Origin: an uncultured Ignavibacteria bacterium
GTDB lineage: Bacteria; Zixibacteria; MSB-5A5; JAABVY01; JAHJOQ01
Reading direction: 5' to 3'
Assembly (NCBI GenBank): GCA_964415885.1
Contig: CAYQCE010000001.1
Coordinates: forward strand, 8,871 to 72,870
Length of the DNA stretch: 64,000 nt
In this document: in pieces, positions 58,867 to 64,000 of the stretch
Layout of the letters: every line of letters begins with the position of its first letter
Position numbering within the stretch: the stretch's first letter is position 1
Notes under the pieces: model-generated
The model's database searches: none
What the model was told of the DNA's origin: nothing
Seen by the model: the letters and a program-made list of their open reading frames with translations, nothing else
Position numbers and translations under genes: made by a program

Positions 58867-61449
58867 CTATTCACAATCAGCGCACGGCACCGGGCCGCCC
58901 GCAAAGATGTAAGCAACTAGGTATACGACGTCATCGATGTCTGTTGAGTCGCTGCAGTCGACATCACCTACAGAAAGCGGATTCGGCGGTGCTCCTCCGG
59001 CGAAGACATAGGCGATTAGAAACACGATGTCATCGATGTCGATCCCACCGCTTCCGTCGACATCCCCGCAGAAATAGCAGTAGCCGTGTCCGGCCAGACC
59101 GTTCGCATAGTGATTCTCTATCTTGGCCTCATCGAGAGCGCGATCGTACAGCGCGAGTTCATCCAGCGCGCCGTTCAGACGGAAATGGTCACCGAATCCG
59201 AGATAGCCTATATTTATCTCCGCGAGATCATCAAAACCTTCGGTATAGTTGTATGAGATGCTACCCGCGAGATCTCCATCGATGTAGAGCTTATTCAGGG
59301 AGTTCTTATCGTCTCGCATTGCGACTACGTGGTGCCAACCAGTGCCTACTATGCTCTGGCTGCTGACAATCATTGTGCCGCTGTCTCCGTTGTCGCGGAG
59401 AACAAACCGAATTCCACCCTGCGTACCCTCCGATGAGTTGCAGTTGACGCCTACCCACCAGATATTGAGCCCGCCTGTTCCCGAGCCGTAGCGTCCGACA
59501 ATAACGTTGTTCTCCGCATTGGTATTGCCGGTACAGTCGGTGTTTTTGTAAATCCAAAATTCGATTGAGAAGCTCTGGTCAGGACCCCAGTCGAAGGTGT
59601 TGTCGTCTGCAATATCCGCCTCGGTCGATCCGTTGAACTCCTGAGCAAGCCCGGACACACCCGCGGTTGAGACAGGACAGGAGGCGCAGAACATGCTGTT
59701 CCCTCCGATTTCGTCCGAATACATCGGGCCAGCCTGTTCATTGAGCATCCAGTAGTGAGACATTCCCTCCGGGCATGGTGGTGGCTCGTAGACTTCGATC
59801 TGGAAGAACTGCTCGTCCGATCCCGCGACATTCGTTGCCGACACGGTTACGTCCATTACTCCGCTGCTCGACGGCTGCCACTCGACTAGTCCGGTAACCG
59901 TATCTATGCTCATCCCCGCTGGTCCGGAGACGAGCGCGAAGACTGGATCAGGATCGCCGTCAGCCTGCACGTTGTAGATATAGTTTTGGCCAAGACCGAT
60001 GGACGTGATCGGAGCGGATACGATATACGGCGCCGATGATCCGGCGCAGTATGGATTGCCGTTCAGGCCGCTGGCGACATGACCAGTGATTTCATGTGCG
60101 TTCAATGCGCGGGAGTAAAGCGCGATTTCGTCGATTGTGCCCGGGAAGTTGCAGCACATTGGGTCAGGCCCGGAAGCTGCAACGTAAATCCCGGATGTAT
60201 CCGCGAATCCGGAGGAAAAGACCGCGCTGGAGCTGTCTTCGAGTGCACCGTCCACATAGAGCAAGACTGAGTCTGTGGTATGATCCCGCGTTGCCGCGAT
60301 GTGGTGCCAATCGCCATCGGCAATGTCAGACACTCCGACGAGATCGACTGTCGTTCCGAGGTCGGAAAGTTGAAACGCAGCAACTCCACTCTGCATGGAC
60401 TCCTTACCGACGAGCCGCAGTTGCCACGAGACAGGAGACAGGCCGTGTCCACCCCTACCTATGATCACGTGGTATGGGTCGATCAGGCCATCGAGCGAGA
60501 TACTATCGACTTTCACCCACGATTCGATTGTGAATGATTGGTCCGCTCCCCATTCGTATGTGTCATCGTCCTCGAAATAGATCAGCGTTTCGCTGCCGAA
60601 ATACTGAGCGGATTCTACCACGCCTCCAACAGGACTTGGACAGTCGACACATTCGCCGTCCAAACCGCCCCACGAATCGATATAGACGTCGCCGTCCGTC
60701 TCATCGAGCTTCCAGTAGTGCGATATTTCTTCAGGACACGCAGTGTAGGGGAGAATATCGTTCAAGTGATTGAACCATACCGCAGCCATCTTGTCATAGC
60801 CTGACTGATTCGGATGCACATTGTCAATCAGATCATCCGGGTAAGTCAGAGCCGTGTCCATATGCACGACAACGAGATCATCACCTTCGCCGATGCGGTC
60901 GAGGACCAGGGCCTCCACGGAGTCGTTATAAGCAATGGTCGTCGAATTATTTCCGTCCGCCCGCAGGATTATGCGTGCTGCGAGAACGGTCACAGGTGTG
61001 GTATAGTCGGCCTCGAACTGATCGATGTTATCGAGAAGCTGATCGACTTCGGAGACATCCACGTGATTGTGGGATACATCATTGGTGCCGATGTGCAGCA
61101 GCACGTAGTCTGCTGGATTGAGAACGAGCCATCCATAGATATTGTCACGTATCTCATCCGCCTCCCATCCTCCGTGGCCTTCATGATCTCTGTCGAAATC
61201 ATCCACGAGACCGTGAAACTGAGTTCCGACGAAATCTACGTCATAGCCCGCATCGGTAAGCGCGAGAAACAACGCCCGTCGATAACCAATATCGAGATCG
61301 CTGCCGGCAGTCCCCTTGGTGATGGAGTTTCCAAGGGGCATAATCCTGATTTCGTCATTAGCAGCGGCTGATGTAACGATCATTAGTACAAGAGTGATTG
61401 TAATTGCCCCAATTCGCATCCAGTTTTCGTTCGAGGCTGTTCTTTTCAT
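58867..61449 (-). CDS. Secreted SGNH/GDSL-family hydrolase fused to three LamG-like domains and a C-terminal dockerin-like domain
   Basis: The likely start ATG at 61449 follows GGGGAG and gives MKRTASNENWMRIGAITITLVLMIVTSAAA. The GDSL block is IRIMPLGNSITKG. Three W-HH(I/V)AA.RD...LY(V/I)DG LamG motifs follow. The C-terminus reads CGDVDGSGGIDIDDIVFLIAYVF...GDVDCSDSTDIDDVVYLVAYIF. Confidence 0.7.
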   Translation of the reverse strand: MKRTASNENWMRIGAITITLVLMIVTSAAANDEIRIMPLGNSITKGTAGSDLDIGYRRALFLALTDAGYDVDFVGTQFHGLVDDFDRDHEGHGGWEADEIRDNIYGWLVLNPADYVLLHIGTNDVSHNHVDVSEVDQLLDNIDQFEADYTTPVTVLAARIILRADGNNSTTIAYNDSVEALVLDRIGEGDDLVVVHMDTALTYPDDLIDNVHPNQSGYDKMAAVWFNHLNDILPYTACPEEISHYWKLDETDGDVYIDSWGGLDGECVDCPSPVGGVVESAQYFGSETLIYFEDDDTYEWGADQSFTIESWVKVDSISLDGLIDPYHVIIGRGGHGLSPVSWQLRLVGKESMQSGVAAFQLSDLGTTVDLVGVSDIADGDWHHIAATRDHTTDSVLLYVDGALEDSSSAVFSSGFADTSGIYVAASGPDPMCCNFPGTIDEIALYSRALNAHEITGHVASGLNGNPYCAGSSAPYIVSAPITSIGLGQNYIYNVQADGDPDPVFALVSGPAGMSIDTVTGLVEWQPSSSGVMDVTVSATNVAGSDEQFFQIEVYEPPPCPEGMSHYWMLNEQAGPMYSDEIGGNSMFCASCPVSTAGVSGLAQEFNGSTEADIADDNTFDWGPDQSFSIEFWIYKNTDCTGNTNAENNVIVGRYGSGTGGLNIWWVGVNCNSSEGTQGGIRFVLRDNGDSGTMIVSSQSIVGTGWHHVVAMRDDKNSLNKLYIDGDLAGSISYNYTEGFDDLAEINIGYLGFGDHFRLNGALDELALYDRALDEAKIENHYANGLAGHGYCYFCGDVDGSGGIDIDDIVFLIAYVFAGGAPPNPLSVGDVDCSDSTDIDDVVYLVAYIFAGGPVPCADCE

Positions 61450-61581
61450 TTCCGGTGTCTCCCCAGGTTGCTGTTCTCGCGACTGCGCAACGTATCGGCG
61501 CCGGACGAGGGATGCTGGTCCGGCACCGACCTGTTTATTCATATGTATCCGGATCGATAGCCCGCTTACAGGCAATCGTGT

Positions 61582-64000
61582 CTATTTCGTGCATCCGGCA
61601 CACGGAGCGTCTCCACCCTGAAAGACATAGGTGATGAGATAGACGATATCGTCGATATCGATACCCTCGCTGCAGTCGACATCGCCTGTCGCCTCCGAGA
61701 CGGGTGCCGGTCCTCCGGCAAAGACATAGGCAATCAGGTAGACGATATCATCGATATCTATACCGGCGCTGCCATCGACGTCACCACAAAGATAGCAATA
61801 CCCGAGTCCACTCAAACCGCTCAAATAGTGGCTCTCTATCTCACCGTCATCCAGTGCGCGATCGTGAACCGCGAGCTCATCAAGGTGACCGTCGAAGTTG
61901 AAATGCTCGGCAAAACCGATGTAGCCGAGGTTTATCGGCACAGTGTCGTCGAAGCCGTCAACGAACGCCAGATTCTCGGAAACTGCCAGCTCTCCGTCTA
62001 CATAGATCATGTTTTCGTTCGTGGTGCCGTTTCTAACCGCGGCGACATGATGCCATCCAGTTCCGATCAGGCTTTCACTGCTGACAATCATGAGTCCGGT
62101 GGTTGCCTTCTCTCTGAGAACAAAACGAACGCTGCCCTGCTCTCCGGTCGATGTGTTGCAATTCAGACCGACCCACCAGATATCCAGATTGCCGGTTCCT
62201 CCGTCGCTCTTCCGACCAATAATCACATTGTTTTCGGAGTTTGTATTCCCATCGCATTCCGTGTCCTTCTTGACCCAGAACTCGATTGTGAAGCTCGACG
62301 TATTCGTCCAGTCGAAGTGCATATGATCCGCAATGTCGAGTTCGTGAGTGCCGTCAAACTGCTGACACCCGTTCACCATACCTGTACCAGCCACGGGGTA
62401 GTTCATGCCGGTGGCGTTTGCCGATCCGATAAAGTCGTGGTAGTTCGGGCCATCGGCCTCATCAAAGGTCCAGTAGTGTACCAGATTCGCCGGGCAGAGA
62501 GGAGCGCCGGTTACGGTAATCGTGAATGGCTGTTCATCCGATCCGACTGAGTTCGCTGCTTCGACGATGACATCGTAATCGCCGGCGAACTCGGCTGTCC
62601 AGGCAATCACTCCGGTAGTCGGATCGATGCTCATTCCGGCAGGAGCCTGAATCAGATCGAAAGTTGGAGTCGGGATCCCGGATGCCTCGACATCATAGGA
62701 GTACGACATTCCAACAGTTGCTTCAGTAAGGGCGATGGAGGTTATGACGGGCGCCACATTGTCACAGTACGATATTCCCTGCAAACCATTAGTATAGTGA
62801 GCCGTCACATCACCGAGCGTAAGCGCACGATCGTACATCGCGACTTCATCAAGATCGCCCTCGTAGCGGTAGAAACCTCCGAATCCGAGGTAGCCAATGT
62901 TGAGAGCGGCATCGTCTGAGAAGCCGGTCGTGTAAGCTACAGTAGTCGATATTTCGAGTTCCCCGTCAATGTAAAGGAGGTTCTCTCCAGTGACGGCATC
63001 TCTAACCACGGCAATGTGATGCCACTCACCATCAACAATGCTCTCATCGCTCAGGATCATCGTGCCCTGACCACCCGAGTCCCTTAGGACGAAGCGAACT
63101 GAGCCTGGAAGACCGTCCGACTGATTGCAGTTTACGCCAATCCACCAGATGTTAAGCGGGTTTTCGCCGGTGCCATACCTGCCAACGATGACCTCATTGT
63201 ATTGACTGCCCTGGGTGCCAGCACAGTCGGCGCTCTTTCGCATCCAGAATTCGACGCTGAAGCTCTCGGTGGGACCCCAGTCAAATGATCCATCATCGGC
63301 TATATCACCCTGGTCGTCGGTGCCGTCAAACTGCTGGGCGCCGTCAACGATGCCAGCCAGCGGAGTCGGGCAGTTTGTGCAACTGATATCGTTACCGCCG
63401 ATGAAGTCATCGTACGGTCCGGACGTCTGCTCGTCGAGTTTCCAGTAGTGCGACATTTCGTCCGGACACGCTATCTCTTCGAGAATTGAAAGCGTATAGG
63501 ATTGCTGATCAGTACCTGATGCATTGGTGACTTCGACAGCAACATCGTAGTCATCAGCGGTGTCAGGAGTCCATTCGATCAGGCCGGTTACCGGATCGAT
63601 CGTCATTCCGACCGGAGCGGTCGTTAGAGCAAATGCCGGAGCGGGATATCCGTCGGCCTCGACATCATACATGTATTCTTCACCCGCACGCCCAACTGTC
63701 ACTGCAGTCGATGTGATTTCGGGTGTTTCGTTGCAGTAGCCGTGTCCGTCATTAATCCCACGTTCGTAGTGGTCCATGATGTCCGAATCGCTCAGGGCCA
63801 CGTCGTGCAGAGCCAATTCATCGAGCAGACCGGTATAGTAGAAGCCGCCGGTACCTGTGTTGAGATAGCCGACATTGATGTTGTCGTCTGCGGCGAATCC
63901 ACTTGCGAACGTTACCGCTGTGGCAGTGGCCTCAAGAGAGCCATCGACATAGAGGTGCACGGATGAAGTCGCGAAGTCATGGACCGCGGCGACATGATGC
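61582..64000 (-). CDS. Secreted protein with at least four LamG-like domains, Ig-like domains and a C-terminal dockerin-like domain; the N-terminus lies beyond the window end
   Basis: The open frame continues through 64000: manual translation upstream of 63960 gives ...HHVAAVHDFATSS, another LamG motif. The C-terminus reads CGDVDGSAGIDIDDIVYLIAYVF...GDVDCSEGIDIDDIVYLITYVF. Confidence 0.7.
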   Translation of the reverse strand, partial: HHVAAVHDFATSSVHLYVDGSLEATATAVTFASGFAADDNINVGYLNTGTGGFYYTGLLDELALHDVALSDSDIMDHYERGINDGHGYCNETPEITSTAVTVGRAGEEYMYDVEADGYPAPAFALTTAPVGMTIDPVTGLIEWTPDTADDYDVAVEVTNASGTDQQSYTLSILEEIACPDEMSHYWKLDEQTSGPYDDFIGGNDISCTNCPTPLAGIVDGAQQFDGTDDQGDIADDGSFDWGPTESFSVEFWMRKSADCAGTQGSQYNEVIVGRYGTGENPLNIWWIGVNCNQSDGLPGSVRFVLRDSGGQGTMILSDESIVDGEWHHIAVVRDAVTGENLLYIDGELEISTTVAYTTGFSDDAALNIGYLGFGGFYRYEGDLDEVAMYDRALTLGDVTAHYTNGLQGISYCDNVAPVITSIALTEATVGMSYSYDVEASGIPTPTFDLIQAPAGMSIDPTTGVIAWTAEFAGDYDVIVEAANSVGSDEQPFTITVTGAPLCPANLVHYWTFDEADGPNYHDFIGSANATGMNYPVAGTGMVNGCQQFDGTHELDIADHMHFDWTNTSSFTIEFWVKKDTECDGNTNSENNVIIGRKSDGGTGNLDIWWVGLNCNTSTGEQGSVRFVLREKATTGLMIVSSESLIGTGWHHVAAVRNGTTNENMIYVDGELAVSENLAFVDGFDDTVPINLGYIGFAEHFNFDGHLDELAVHDRALDDGEIESHYLSGLSGLGYCYLCGDVDGSAGIDIDDIVYLIAYVFAGGPAPVSEATGDVDCSEGIDIDDIVYLITYVFQGGDAPCAGCTK

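Overview
This 64 kb window is high-GC (~57%) bacterial DNA, most likely from a non-Bacteroidia member of the FCB superphylum. The evidence for that placement is a canonical T9SS C-terminal sorting domain on one protein combined with Shine-Dalgarno-type ribosome-binding sites at most genes. Coding density is high on both strands. No rRNA, tRNA, CRISPR array or transposase was recognised.

The annotated content, in order:
- an ATP-grasp Ddl-family gene and an M20 dipeptidase;
- a first cluster of secreted hydrolases (metzincin-like protease, BNR beta-propeller protein, S8 subtilisin);
- an ECF sigma factor, a small partner protein and a TPR-CHAT caspase-like protease that interrupt that cluster;
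- a protein with a T9SS C-terminal domain;
- a PAS-Hpt-CheA-CheX fusion kinase with a CheY-like regulator;
- an aldehyde dehydrogenase and a 1472-aa hybrid sensor kinase;
- LapA-like and MscS membrane proteins;
- a 2-oxo-acid dehydrogenase operon (E1alpha, E1beta, E2, E3) followed by a lipoyl-ligase-family gene and a VOC-nitroreductase fusion;
- a DMT transporter;
- two tandem cassettes, each a PAS-LuxR regulator followed by a methyl-accepting chemotaxis protein, with cheW and a hybrid kinase between and after them, and a third PAS-LuxR paralog further on;
- a 1323-aa metalloprotease rich in thrombospondin type-3 repeats;
- a tandem array of three large LamG-domain proteins.

Two things stand out most.
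- At least seven secreted proteins end in the same dockerin-like double calcium-loop module. One of them additionally carries a candidate cohesin-like domain, so it could act as a scaffoldin for the others.
- The ECF sigma factor, small partner protein and TPR-CHAT protease are translationally coupled. This mirrors the RpoE/Csx30-31/Csx29 signalling arm of type III-E CRISPR systems, but with no Cas7-11 gene or CRISPR array in the window.

A ~65-aa four-cysteine repeat is shared by two adjacent secreted proteins. An orphan consensus sigma70 promoter sits inside a 480-bp gap.
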